A stretch of DNA of 64,000 bases from Tepidisphaera sp. (GTDB taxonomy: Bacteria; Planctomycetota; Phycisphaerae; Phycisphaerales; UBA1924). Both the position numbers and the translations under genes were made by a program. The notes beneath the pieces were generated by a model. It made no database searches. It was not told where the DNA came from and saw nothing but the letters and a program-made list of their open reading frames with translations. The stretch is from assembly GCA_050916045.1 (NCBI GenBank), contig CP051526.1, forward strand, positions 448,001-512,000, given 5' to 3'. Shown here one piece after another: positions 19,091 through 28,785 of this stretch (its first letter is position 1; the number at the start of each line of letters is the position of its first letter).

Positions 19091-20713
19091 TCAGCACCCT
19101 CTCTCGAAGGCGTCGACGAACTCCATGTAATCGAAGAAATCGGCGATGCCGTCGTCGTTGAAGTCGGCGGGCTTGCCGTCGGGGCAGCGGCCGCCCTCGA
19201 AGCAGGTCACGAAGTCGAGGTAGTCGAAGAAGTCGGTGAAGCCGTCGAGGTTGAAGTCGGAGGGGCACGGTGTCCCGACGACTTCAAACGCGGCGAAGAA
19301 GTTTCCGCTTTCGGAAGGGGGGTTCGCTGAAGTGAATCCCGCGATGAAAAGCCGCCCATCGTCGGTCAGGCTTGGCACGGAGATGTCGTCGCCTCCCGAA
19401 TTGTGCACTCGACCGATCGTGGACCCGTAGAACGGGTAGATCGAGACGATGTTTCCAGCCAGGCCCGAGGAGGGTGCGATCGGCTGGCCGCGACGGGCGA
19501 CACGAATCGTGCCCACGCCGGGCTTGTAGATGAATGCTTGCATCTCGCCGATGAAAGCGGCTTCGTCGCGTGAATTGAGTGATCGAGAAGGCGCGGTGCC
19601 GGGAGAGAGGCTTGATTCCGCTGTCTGACGTGCGACAAGGGTGAGGCTGCCGCGTCGCCAGAGATAGAGGGCGACGCTCGGCCCCTCCGGCGTGGAGAGA
19701 GCCGCTTGAAAGAGAAGCGAGCCGTTCCGGTTGGCGGCATACACCTCGAAGGGGTTTGACGTCACCGCGAAAGTCACGCCCGGTTCGGTTCCCGGCGCCC
19801 GGTCGCCGGCCATCGCGACGATCGACGCGGGGCCGGACGGTCGCGCTTGCCAGAGGAGCACGCGGGACTGGTTGCCGACCTGCGTCGAACCGCGGATGAA
19901 CACGGAACCGTCGGATATCGGCTGGGAAACCGCCGCGACCAGCGAACGAAGAGCGATGACGCCGCGGTCTGACTGGAGCGAGGTCGAACCTTCGGCTCGG
20001 AGTTCGACGGTCGTTGTGTCGGCGATGACGACGTAGTTCCGGCTGTTGCCGAACGCGGTGAAGGACAGGCTTGCGCGACCGGCGTTGTTGAGGTAGTTCG
20101 CGATGGGATCGAAGGACCGCGAACCGGAGGCGCCGGGCGGCTGGTAGCTCGCGGGAAGCACAACTTGAAGCGGTCCGCCGATGGGTCCGACCAACGCTTC
20201 GGGTCGCGCGAGCTGGAGCACGAGTCCGGTGCGCGTGCAGCCGGCCGGCTGATTCTGAATCTGGGTATTCATCGTCAAGGGACCGTCGGGCACCCCGATG
20301 AATGAGACATACTGAGGAACATCTCCGATGCCGGGGCCCGCGGCTTGGGCGGAGAATGAAGCTCCGACTCCATCGATTGGATAGATCGCGGCGCGGAACT
20401 CTCCGGACCACACCACACCGGCAGGTTGACCGGGAATCTGGGTGTTGGCGAACATCACCTCGCGGATCGACTCGCCGTCGGCGAGAAAGTTGCGATCCGA
20501 TGGGTTCGAGCTGACGAGGACTCGATGATCGTCGAATCGCCCGGCCGTGCTCAGCGTGCCCACCGGGAGTCGGGTCGCCGAGGGGCCCACTCTTGAATCG
20601 TGAGCCAAGACTCTTACAAGGATTTCTGGCTGTCGAGCGGCTGAGGTGCCGGTGACGAGCAACGTTGCAACCAATGACGAACGAGCGACCGACGGCAAGT
20701 TCCTGAGAAGCAT
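19091..20713 (-). CDS. Secreted beta-repeat protein with a C-terminal GC-type dockerin-like anchor (tandem paralog of 17456-19060)
   Basis: Signal peptide; LNNAGRASL, ANRNGSLLF and LNSRDEAAF; shares TQIPGQP.GV.W.G.FR, GCTR.GL and H.SGGDD with its neighbour; ends FVDAFERGC. Confidence 0.85.
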   Translation of the reverse strand: MLLRNLPSVARSSLVATLLVTGTSAARQPEILVRVLAHDSRVGPSATRLPVGTLSTAGRFDDHRVLVSSNPSDRNFLADGESIREVMFANTQIPGQPAGVVWSGEFRAAIYPIDGVGASFSAQAAGPGIGDVPQYVSFIGVPDGPLTMNTQIQNQPAGCTRTGLVLQLARPEALVGPIGGPLQVVLPASYQPPGASGSRSFDPIANYLNNAGRASLSFTAFGNSRNYVVIADTTTVELRAEGSTSLQSDRGVIALRSLVAAVSQPISDGSVFIRGSTQVGNQSRVLLWQARPSGPASIVAMAGDRAPGTEPGVTFAVTSNPFEVYAANRNGSLLFQAALSTPEGPSVALYLWRRGSLTLVARQTAESSLSPGTAPSRSLNSRDEAAFIGEMQAFIYKPGVGTIRVARRGQPIAPSSGLAGNIVSIYPFYGSTIGRVHNSGGDDISVPSLTDDGRLFIAGFTSANPPSESGNFFAAFEVVGTPCPSDFNLDGFTDFFDYLDFVTCFEGGRCPDGKPADFNDDGIADFFDYMEFVDAFERGC

Positions 20714-20870
20714 CGAAAAACCCCACGACCGATGTTGATGCCGTACGCCGACGCAGACGCTGCGACCTGTCTCTCTTCGCTCGCAAGGCGGGCGGAGTTC
20801 CATGCTAGAGGTCGTCGAGGCGGCTTTGGTCGGGGGGTTGGGCGGCCGAATCGAACCGGTGCGGCAAGGT

Positions 20871-22358
20871 TTAGCGCTTGCGTCCCTTGAGCTTCCCGAA
20901 CATGCGGTTGGGCGGGAGGGCCGTGGGGACGATGCCGCCGGGGAACTTGGTGGCGTCGGGGGCTTTGGGGACTTCGAGGTTGATGGAAGCTTCGAGGCGG
21001 GTCTGTCGCGGGCCCGCCGGTGCGGGGGGCTTGATGCCGCTGGGGTTGGCGAGGGTGAGGCCGCCGCTGGCGTGGCGGTCGTCGGGGTCGCGGTAGCCGT
21101 CGGGGCGCGGGCTTGGCTTGAAGTCGGGGTATTCGATCTTGGGGATCATGATGTTGATCAGATCCTCGACCTGGCTGAGGAGTTTGCCCTGTCCGGGGGT
21201 GACGAAAGCCCAAGCGACGCCCTTGCGGCCGGCTCGCGCGGTGCGGCCGATGCGGTGGACGTAGACCTCGGGGTCTTCGGGAAGGTCGTAGTTGATGACG
21301 TGCGAGATGTCGTCAACGTCGATGCCACGGGCGGCGAGGTCGGAAGCCACGAGCACCGCAAGCTTGCCGGAGCGCAGGTGCTCCATGACGCGGTTGCGTT
21401 TGCCCTGGGGCATGTCGCCGTGGATGGCGTGGACGTCGATCTTGGCCTGTTCGAGCTTGCGAGCGAGCTTGTCGACGGTGCGTTTGAGCTTGCAGAAGAC
21501 GACGGTGAGAGCGGGCTCTTCGTGGGTGAGGAGGTGGACGAGGAGGCGCTCCTTGTCCCAGCCGTCGACGGTGATGTAGTGCTGCTCGACCATCGAGACG
21601 GTGAGGCTTCCCGCGGCGGTCTCGATCTTCTGCGGGTCCTTCATGTACTTGCGGGCGAGGCGTTCGATCTCGCCGGAGATGGTGGCGCTGACGACGATGG
21701 TCTGACGCGTGGGCGGCGTCATGTCGAGGATCTTCTTGATGTCGTCGCGGAACCCGATGTCGAGCATGCGGTCGACTTCGTCGAGGACGACGAACCGCGT
21801 GTTGTCGAAGTTGACGAGGCCGCGCTCCTTCATGTCCATGAGGCGGCCGGGGGTGGCGACGATGATCTGGGCCGAGCCCTGGAGCTTCTTGGCCTGGGCG
21901 TGGATCGCCTGGCCGCCGAAGACGGTGACGGCGCGGATGGGGGTGAACTGGGCGATCTCGTTGATCTCGGCGGTGATCTGAATCGCGAGCTCTCGCGTCG
22001 GGGAGAGGACGACCGCTTGGAACTGGCCTTCCTTGGAGCACATGTGAATGAGCGGGAGGGCGAAGGACGCGGTCTTTCCCGAGCCGGTCTTGGCCTGGCC
22101 GAGGACGTCGCGGCCGGTCAGGATCGGCGGGATGAGCTGGGCCTGGATGTGCGTGGGCTTGGTAAAGCCCATGGCTTCGATGCCCTTGAGCACGCTGGCA
22201 CGCAGGCCGAGCTCGGCGAAGGTGTTGTCGTTGGCGAAGATGTCCGAAGCTTTGAGCTCGGTGGGGCGGCTGGGGGGCGTCGAATCGGCGGAAACCGTTG
22301 AGGATTCAGCCCCGCGTTGCCCGTCGGGACCCGTCACGTTGATGTCGTTCATATTCAA
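20871..22358 (-). CDS. DEAD-box ATP-dependent RNA helicase
   Basis: Q motif (GFTKPTHIQ), GSGKT, PTRELA, TPGR, DEVD, SAT, ARGID and HRIGRTAR. Confidence 0.96.
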   Translation of the reverse strand: MNMNDINVTGPDGQRGAESSTVSADSTPPSRPTELKASDIFANDNTFAELGLRASVLKGIEAMGFTKPTHIQAQLIPPILTGRDVLGQAKTGSGKTASFALPLIHMCSKEGQFQAVVLSPTRELAIQITAEINEIAQFTPIRAVTVFGGQAIHAQAKKLQGSAQIIVATPGRLMDMKERGLVNFDNTRFVVLDEVDRMLDIGFRDDIKKILDMTPPTRQTIVVSATISGEIERLARKYMKDPQKIETAAGSLTVSMVEQHYITVDGWDKERLLVHLLTHEEPALTVVFCKLKRTVDKLARKLEQAKIDVHAIHGDMPQGKRNRVMEHLRSGKLAVLVASDLAARGIDVDDISHVINYDLPEDPEVYVHRIGRTARAGRKGVAWAFVTPGQGKLLSQVEDLINIMIPKIEYPDFKPSPRPDGYRDPDDRHASGGLTLANPSGIKPPAPAGPRQTRLEASINLEVPKAPDATKFPGGIVPTALPPNRMFGKLKGRKR

Positions 22359-22445
22359 GCACCATGGTAGGTCGACGCACGGGCCACGACGCGGGAGCCG
22401 GTCGCGGCCCCCCGGCGGCCGGAACCGAGCGCCCGAGCTTGGAAA

Positions 22446-23801
22446 TCAGGCCCGGACGAGGCGGGAGCCCATGGCTCGGGCGAACCCGGCCATGGCGTTG
22501 CGCGTGTCGATCACCAGTTTGGCATGCTCGGCGAGCGCGGCGTAGTCGAACGCGGAGTGATTGGTCGAGATGAGGACGGCGTCGTACGAAGCGATCGACT
22601 CCGGCGTCAGGGGCACGCTCGATTTATTGAGGTCGTACTTCCGCATCTTCCAGGTGCGGGGGACGAACGGGTCGGAATAGTCCGCCAGCACCCCACGGTC
22701 CATGAGGCCCTCGATGAGCTCGAAGCTCGGGCTTTCGCGGACGTCGGCGATGTCGGGCTTGTACGCGAGGCCGAGGACGAGGACGCGGGCGCCCCTGGCG
22801 GCGACGCCGCGGTCGTTGAGGGCGCGGACGGTGCGCTCGACGACGGTGTGGGGCATCGCGGTGTTGATCTCGCCGGCGAGCTCGATGAAGCGGGCGGGGA
22901 CCTTGGCTTCGCGGGCTTTCCACGCGAGGTAATAGGGATCGATGGGGATGCAGTGGCCGCCCAGCCCGGGGCCGGGGTAGAAGGGCATGAACCCGAATGG
23001 CTTGGTGGCGGCGGCTTGGATCACCTCCCAGACGTTGATGTTCATGGCCTCGAGGATGGTCTTCATCTCGTTGGCGAGGGCGATGTTGACGGCGCGGAAG
23101 ATGTTCTCGAAGACCTTGGCGGCTTCGGCGACCTCGGCGGAGGATACAGGAATCACCCGTTCGATCGTGCCCTCATAAAGAGCGACCGCCGCGTCGCGGG
23201 AAGCGTCGTCGATGCCGCCGACGAGCTTGGGGATGGTCCGTGTGGTGTGCGTCGTGGAGCCGGGGTTCTCGCGTTCGGGGCTGAACGCGATGAGCAGGTC
23301 CTGTCCGGGCGTCCGCGGCGTCTGCGAAGACCGCAGGATCGCCGGGAGCATGTCGTCGCGGGTGGTCCCGGGATAACTGGTGGACTCAAGCACGACGAGC
23401 ACGGGTCCGGACGCGGGCGAGCGGCCGTGCTTGCCGATCATTTCGGCGGTGGACAGGACATAGGAGAGGTCGGGTTCGCCGTGGGAGCCCAGGGGGGTGG
23501 GGACGCAGACGACGATGGCGTCGGCTTGGATAAGGGCGGCGGGATCGGTGGTGGCTTGGAAGCGCGGGCTTTGGGCGAAGGAAGCCGCGAGGTCCGGCCC
23601 GAGGTGGGGGAGGTAGTGGGTGCCCCGGCGGAGCTGCTCCGGCTTGGCCGGGTCGGTGTCAAAGCCCAGGACCCTGTGCCCTGCGGCGTGGAACGCGGCG
23701 AGAAGCGGCAGACCGACGTACCCAAGGCCGACCACGGCGATGAGAGCCTCTTTGGATCGGAGGCGGCGGGCAAGGTCGCTGGCGGGCGCGGGCGTGGGCA
23801 T
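22446..23801 (-). CDS. UDP-N-acetylhexosamine 6-dehydrogenase-like nucleotide-sugar dehydrogenase (WbpA/WecC family)
   Basis: Motifs GLGYVGLP, CVPTP, ESTSYPGTT, SPERENPG, ENIFRAVNIALANE and PGPGLGGHCIPIDP. Confidence 0.93.
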   Translation of the reverse strand: MPTPAPASDLARRLRSKEALIAVVGLGYVGLPLLAAFHAAGHRVLGFDTDPAKPEQLRRGTHYLPHLGPDLAASFAQSPRFQATTDPAALIQADAIVVCVPTPLGSHGEPDLSYVLSTAEMIGKHGRSPASGPVLVVLESTSYPGTTRDDMLPAILRSSQTPRTPGQDLLIAFSPERENPGSTTHTTRTIPKLVGGIDDASRDAAVALYEGTIERVIPVSSAEVAEAAKVFENIFRAVNIALANEMKTILEAMNINVWEVIQAAATKPFGFMPFYPGPGLGGHCIPIDPYYLAWKAREAKVPARFIELAGEINTAMPHTVVERTVRALNDRGVAARGARVLVLGLAYKPDIADVRESPSFELIEGLMDRGVLADYSDPFVPRTWKMRKYDLNKSSVPLTPESIASYDAVLISTNHSAFDYAALAEHAKLVIDTRNAMAGFARAMGSRLVRA

Positions 23802-23857
23802 GCTGAGAGGATATCGGCATGCGGTGGGTGGGCCAAAGGGGGTACACTGGTCCGAAC

Positions 23858-25561
23858 ATGGCCACCACGCAGGTCAAAACCATCAGACTGGACGTGCTGG
23901 CCGGCCCCCAGGTCGAGCCGATCGTCGTAACGTCGGCCAAGACGCACGTGGTCGGCCGCGGGAACGCCGCGGACATCCGGCTTTTGGACGAGACGGTCTC
24001 ACGGCGGCACGCCCAGTTCTGGCTCGCCGCGGACACGTGGCTGATGAGCGATCTCGGTAGCCGGCACGGGACGAGCCTCAACGGCGTGCGGCTTCCGGCC
24101 GAGCAGGCGCTGCCCATCAAGGAGAACGACCTGATCGGGCTGGGTCCGTGGACCTTCGTCGTGCGCACGGGCCATCGGCACACGACCACCGGGTTCCTCA
24201 CGACGCAGGACGATGTGGTGGCGGCGACACGTCGCGTGCAGCGCGTGCCGCAGGCCGAACTGACCATCAAAGCCGAAGCCAAGCTCGACCTGATCGCCGA
24301 GAGCGCGGCGACGATCGCAGCGGCGATGGACGAAGCCGGGCTCGCGACGGCGACGATCAACGCCGCATCGGCGGGAACGGGCGTCGCTCGCGTGGCGTTC
24401 CTGCGGCACATCAACGGCGATGACGTCGACTTGATCGCTTCGAAGGGTCCGGTTTCAAGCCGGGCGGGCGGGGGCGGGCTGGATTTCTCGCGGTCCCTGC
24501 TCCGCGCCGCGGCGGAGGGCGAGGTTGTCCGCTTGGACCACGAAGCCACGCCGAATTTCGGCCAGAGCATCGTGCAGCTTGGCATTCACTCGGCCCTGTG
24601 CGCGCCGGTGATGGTGGGGTCGAGCCCGGGCGGTTATCTGTACCTGGATTCGCGGGTGGGCGAGTCGGCTTTGGCGCAGGACGCGGCGGCGTTCTGCCGA
24701 GCGATCGCTCGCATCGCGGGGCTCGCGCTTGGCAATCTGCGTGCCCGAGAGATCCGCCAGCGTCAGGAAGAGCTGCAGCATGACCTGGAAGCAGCGCACG
24801 AGGCGCAGGTGCGGCTTCTGCCGCCGCCGCGCGGCATGCTTCACCGCGTGGGGTACGCGATGCGTTCGATTCCGGGGCGTCACGTGGCGGGCGACCTCTT
24901 TGGTGCGCTCGCGCTGGACGGGGGCCGGACGGCGATCTTCCTCGGCGACGTTTCGGGCAAGGGCGTCGGGGCGGCGCTGCTGATGGCGACCGCGAAGGCG
25001 CACCTGGACGCGTCGCTGCTGTATCACGGGGACGCGGCGCGGGCGATCGCGGAGGTGAACCACTACGTGAGCCAGCACTGCGTGGATGGGAAGTTCATCT
25101 CGCTGTGGCTTGGGGTGTTCACACCGCAGAGCGATGGGGCGACGGAGCTTTCGTTCATCGACGCGGGGCACGGGTACTGGCTGGTGCGGGACGGTGCGGC
25201 TTCAAGCGTGCGGCGAGCGCAGTATCGCGGGGGGCTGCCGCTTGGCGTTGAGTCGACGGCGGGGTACGAAGCCGAGACCCTGATTCTCCCGCCTCGGTCC
25301 CGGCTTGTGATCTACTCCGACGGGGTGGTGGAACAGCAGTCGCCGGAGGGTGCGGAGTTCGGGGTGGAGCGGGCGATCGAGACGCTCGCGTCGTGCGGGG
25401 ATGTCGAGACCGACGTCGAGACGCTGGTGCGGGGCGTGATCGATTTCGCGCACCCGTCGTTTGCGGCGGGTTCGGGGCCCAGCGGGTCAAGGTCCAATCC
25501 GAACGAGCGCGTGGCGCGGCTTGCGGACGACGTCACAGTGGCTTCGATCATCGTGGGCTGA
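23858..25561 (+). CDS. FHA-GAF-SpoIIE(PP2C) family protein phosphatase
   Basis: FHA (VGR...VSRRHA...DLGSRHGTSLNG), GAF (SALCAPV...YLYLDS) and PP2C (AGD, GDVSGKGVGAALLM, DAGH, YSDGVVE, DDVT). Confidence 0.92.
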   Translation: MATTQVKTIRLDVLAGPQVEPIVVTSAKTHVVGRGNAADIRLLDETVSRRHAQFWLAADTWLMSDLGSRHGTSLNGVRLPAEQALPIKENDLIGLGPWTFVVRTGHRHTTTGFLTTQDDVVAATRRVQRVPQAELTIKAEAKLDLIAESAATIAAAMDEAGLATATINAASAGTGVARVAFLRHINGDDVDLIASKGPVSSRAGGGGLDFSRSLLRAAAEGEVVRLDHEATPNFGQSIVQLGIHSALCAPVMVGSSPGGYLYLDSRVGESALAQDAAAFCRAIARIAGLALGNLRAREIRQRQEELQHDLEAAHEAQVRLLPPPRGMLHRVGYAMRSIPGRHVAGDLFGALALDGGRTAIFLGDVSGKGVGAALLMATAKAHLDASLLYHGDAARAIAEVNHYVSQHCVDGKFISLWLGVFTPQSDGATELSFIDAGHGYWLVRDGAASSVRRAQYRGGLPLGVESTAGYEAETLILPPRSRLVIYSDGVVEQQSPEGAEFGVERAIETLASCGDVETDVETLVRGVIDFAHPSFAAGSGPSGSRSNPNERVARLADDVTVASIIVG

Positions 25562-25574
25562 GGGCCGAAACCAA

Positions 25575-28500
25575 TCAGGCGGGAAGGGCGCTTGCCGGGG
25601 GCGTGTCCTGCGCGGGCTTGGCGTGGTCGTGGCCGGGGGTGCCGGGCGAGGTACCCGGTGAAGTACCGTGGCCGGCGTGGGCTTTGTGCGTGCCGGCCAG
25701 CAGGATGTAGATGGAGGGGACGACCAGCAGGGTGAAGATCGTGGAGATCGCCATGCCGGTGACGAGCACGATGCCGATGCTGTTTCGGGACATCGCGCCG
25801 GCGCCGGTGACAAGCACGAGCGGGAAGTGACCGACGATGGTCGCCACGCTGGTCATCAGGATGGGGCGGAGGCGGGTGAGGGCCGAGGTCTTGGCGGCTT
25901 CCCGCTTGCTGAGGCCCTGTTCCTGCAGTTGGTTCGCGAACTCGACGATCAGGATGCCGTTCTTGGCGACCAGGCCGACGAGGGTGATCAGTCCGACCTG
26001 CGAGTAGATGTTGACGGTGGTGAAGCCGAGGTACGTGAAGATGAGCGCGCCGGAGATGGCGAGGGGCACCGAGCCCAGAAGCACGATGAGCGGGTCGCGG
26101 AAGCTGCTGAACTGGGCCGCGAGAACGAGATAGATGAGGCCGAGCGCGAAACCGAGGGTCATCGCCAAGGATGAGCCCTCCTGGCGGAGCTGGCGGCTCT
26201 CGCCGACGTAGTCGATCGTGTATCCCGGAGGCAGGATCGGGCGGGCCGCATCTTCGAGGGCGCGGAGAGCTTCTTCTTTGGTGACGCCGGGACGGACGCC
26301 GCCCATGATCTTGACGCTGTTGCGCTGCTGGAAGCGGTTGAGGGTGCGGGGCGCGGCTTTGGTCTCAAGGCGGACGAACGAGGAGACGCTGACGAGGCCG
26401 CCGTCCTTGGCCCGGACCTTCATCTGGAGGATCTGGTCGGGGGTGATCCGTCCGGACTCTTCGATCTGGGGAATGACCTTGTAGCTTCGGCCGTCGTAAT
26501 TGAACCGGTTGACGTATCCGCCGCTGAGCATGATGGCGAGGTCGCGGCCGACGGTCGCGAGGTCAAGCCCCATGTCCGAGACGCGTTCGCGATCGATGAT
26601 GATCTTGGTCTGCGGCAGGTCGATCTTGAGGTCGGTGTCCGCGAACATGAACTTCTCGCTGGCGTAGGCCGCGGCCATGAGCTTGCCCGCGATCTCGGCC
26701 ATGTCCTCGGGCTGGTTCGAGCTGCTCACGATCATCTCGACGTCGAACTGTCCGGCTCCGGGGAGCGGGGGGGGCAGGACGGGGAACGCCTGCACGCCCG
26801 GAATCGAGGAGACGATGCCGAACGCCGGGCCGAGAAGCTCGGCGGTGGTCTTCTCACGCTCATCCCACTTGGTGGTCTGGATGCCACCGAAGCCCGAGGA
26901 GGGGGTCATGATGACGCGCCAGGCGAAGCCGGCTTCGGGAAGCTGGAGCAACGCCGTCGACACCTTCTGGGCGTGGTCGCGGGTGGAAGTGAGCGAAGCG
27001 TCGGGCGCGGCGGAGAGAACGAAGAAGATGCCGCCCTCATCCTCGGTCGGAGCCAGCTCCTTGCCGGACTGCTGGTAGAGCGGGACCGCGGCCGCCGCGA
27101 TCAGTACGGCCGCGAAAGCCATGCTCCAGCGGAGGTCGAGGGTGATGTCGAGCAGGCGGGAATAGCCGCGGCGAAGGCGATCGAAGATGCGATTGAGGAA
27201 CCGGGTGAACCGACTCTCGCGGCCGTGCGCCGGGACCAGCGCGGCGCTCATCACCGGCGAGAGCGTCACGGCGACGATGCCCGAGACGACGACGGCGGCC
27301 GCGAGCGTGAAGGCGAACTCCTTGAAGAGCACGCCCGTGAGGCCGCCTTGGAAACCGATGGGCGCGTACACCGCGGCGAGGGTGATCGTCATGGAGATGA
27401 CGGGGGCGAAGAGCTCGCGGGCGCCCAAGAGCGCGGCTTCCATCTTCGGCTTGCCCTCGCGGATGTGGCGTTCGACGTTTTCCACCATGACGATGGCGTC
27501 GTCGACGACCAACCCGACGGAGAGGACGATCGCCAGGATCGTGAGGAGGTTCAGGGAGAAGCCCATCGCCGCCATGAAGATGCATGCCCCGACGAGGGAG
27601 ATCGGGATGGCGACCAGCGGGACGAGCACCGTCCGGATCGAGCCAATGAACAGGAAGACGACGAGCGCGACGATGCCGACGGTTTCGGCGAGGGTCTTGC
27701 CGATCTCGGTGAGCGCATTGCTCATGTAGTAGGTACCGTCGTAGGCGAGCTTCATGTCGATGCCCGGCGGGAGCGACGGGCGGAGATCCTCCATCCGGGC
27801 TTTGAGCTTGGTCGCGACTTCGAGCTCGTTGGCGCTGGGAAGGGGCCAGACGGAGAGGTAGATGGCGGGGTTCTCGTTGAAGCCGGCTTCGCCGGTGGGC
27901 TCTTCGCTGCCGAGCTCGACGCGGGCGACATCCTTGAGGCGGACGATGGTCCCCTCGGTCTCGCGGACGATGAGCTGTTCGAACTCGGAGACGGTGCGGA
28001 GGTCGGTGTCGGTGATGAGATCGATCTGGATCTCGGCGCTCTTGGTGCGACCGACGGCGGCGATGAAGTTGTTGCGGCGGAGGGCTTCGTTAACCTCGGT
28101 GGGGGTGACGTCGAGGGCGGTGAGCCGGCTTTCGTTCAGCCAGATCCGCATGGCCATGTTGCGCGGGCCTTCGATGCCGCAGCGCTGAACGCCCTCGATG
28201 GTGCCCATTTCGGGCTGAACCTCTCGGACCAGGTACTCGGTGAGGCGGGTGAGGTCGAGGGAGGTGCTTGTGAAGCTCAGGTAGAAGGTGGCGAAAGGCC
28301 TGTCGGCGCGCTGGATCTCGATGGAGGGGGATTCGGCTTCGGTGGGGAGTTCGCTCCGCACCTGGTTGAGTCGGGCGCTGATCTCCGCGAGGGCATCGTT
28401 GCTGTTGTGGTTGAGGCGCAGGCGAACGGTGATGGTGCTGAGGCCGGGGGCGCTGGAGCTTTCGATGTAGTCGACGCCGTCGATGGCGGCGACGGCTTTC

Positions 28501-28706
28501 TCGATGGGGGTGGTGAGGAAGCCCTTGATGGTTTCGGCGCTGGCGCCGATGTAGGCGGTGGTGATGACGATCGAGGTGGACTCGATGCGCGGGTACTGGC
28601 GCACGGGGAGTGAGCCGATGGCTCGCCAACCCACCGCGAGAATGATGAGGTTGAGCACGATCGCCAGAACGGGCTTCTTGATGAACAGATCGGTGATCGA
28701 TGCCAT
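25575..28706 (-). CDS. RND efflux transporter permease subunit (AcrB/MexI-like)
   Basis: 1043 aa; LPVRQYP, GLVVDDAIVMVEN, GLVAKNGILIVEFAN and RLRPILMT. Confidence 0.97.
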   Translation of the reverse strand: MASITDLFIKKPVLAIVLNLIILAVGWRAIGSLPVRQYPRIESTSIVITTAYIGASAETIKGFLTTPIEKAVAAIDGVDYIESSSAPGLSTITVRLRLNHNSNDALAEISARLNQVRSELPTEAESPSIEIQRADRPFATFYLSFTSTSLDLTRLTEYLVREVQPEMGTIEGVQRCGIEGPRNMAMRIWLNESRLTALDVTPTEVNEALRRNNFIAAVGRTKSAEIQIDLITDTDLRTVSEFEQLIVRETEGTIVRLKDVARVELGSEEPTGEAGFNENPAIYLSVWPLPSANELEVATKLKARMEDLRPSLPPGIDMKLAYDGTYYMSNALTEIGKTLAETVGIVALVVFLFIGSIRTVLVPLVAIPISLVGACIFMAAMGFSLNLLTILAIVLSVGLVVDDAIVMVENVERHIREGKPKMEAALLGARELFAPVISMTITLAAVYAPIGFQGGLTGVLFKEFAFTLAAAVVVSGIVAVTLSPVMSAALVPAHGRESRFTRFLNRIFDRLRRGYSRLLDITLDLRWSMAFAAVLIAAAAVPLYQQSGKELAPTEDEGGIFFVLSAAPDASLTSTRDHAQKVSTALLQLPEAGFAWRVIMTPSSGFGGIQTTKWDEREKTTAELLGPAFGIVSSIPGVQAFPVLPPPLPGAGQFDVEMIVSSSNQPEDMAEIAGKLMAAAYASEKFMFADTDLKIDLPQTKIIIDRERVSDMGLDLATVGRDLAIMLSGGYVNRFNYDGRSYKVIPQIEESGRITPDQILQMKVRAKDGGLVSVSSFVRLETKAAPRTLNRFQQRNSVKIMGGVRPGVTKEEALRALEDAARPILPPGYTIDYVGESRQLRQEGSSLAMTLGFALGLIYLVLAAQFSSFRDPLIVLLGSVPLAISGALIFTYLGFTTVNIYSQVGLITLVGLVAKNGILIVEFANQLQEQGLSKREAAKTSALTRLRPILMTSVATIVGHFPLVLVTGAGAMSRNSIGIVLVTGMAISTIFTLLVVPSIYILLAGTHKAHAGHGTSPGTSPGTPGHDHAKPAQDTPPASALPA

Positions 28707-28785
28707 GGAGGTCTCGCTCTTCCGTGCGGAAGTTGAAGGGCCTTGTTCGGGAGCGCGAGATCGCGCGGGGTCGGCTCTCTGGGGG

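Noticed and set aside
3508..23801. Three nucleotide-sugar enzyme genes as a capsule or O-antigen locus
   Set aside because: They are scattered among unrelated genes with no glycosyltransferase, flippase or polymerase nearby.
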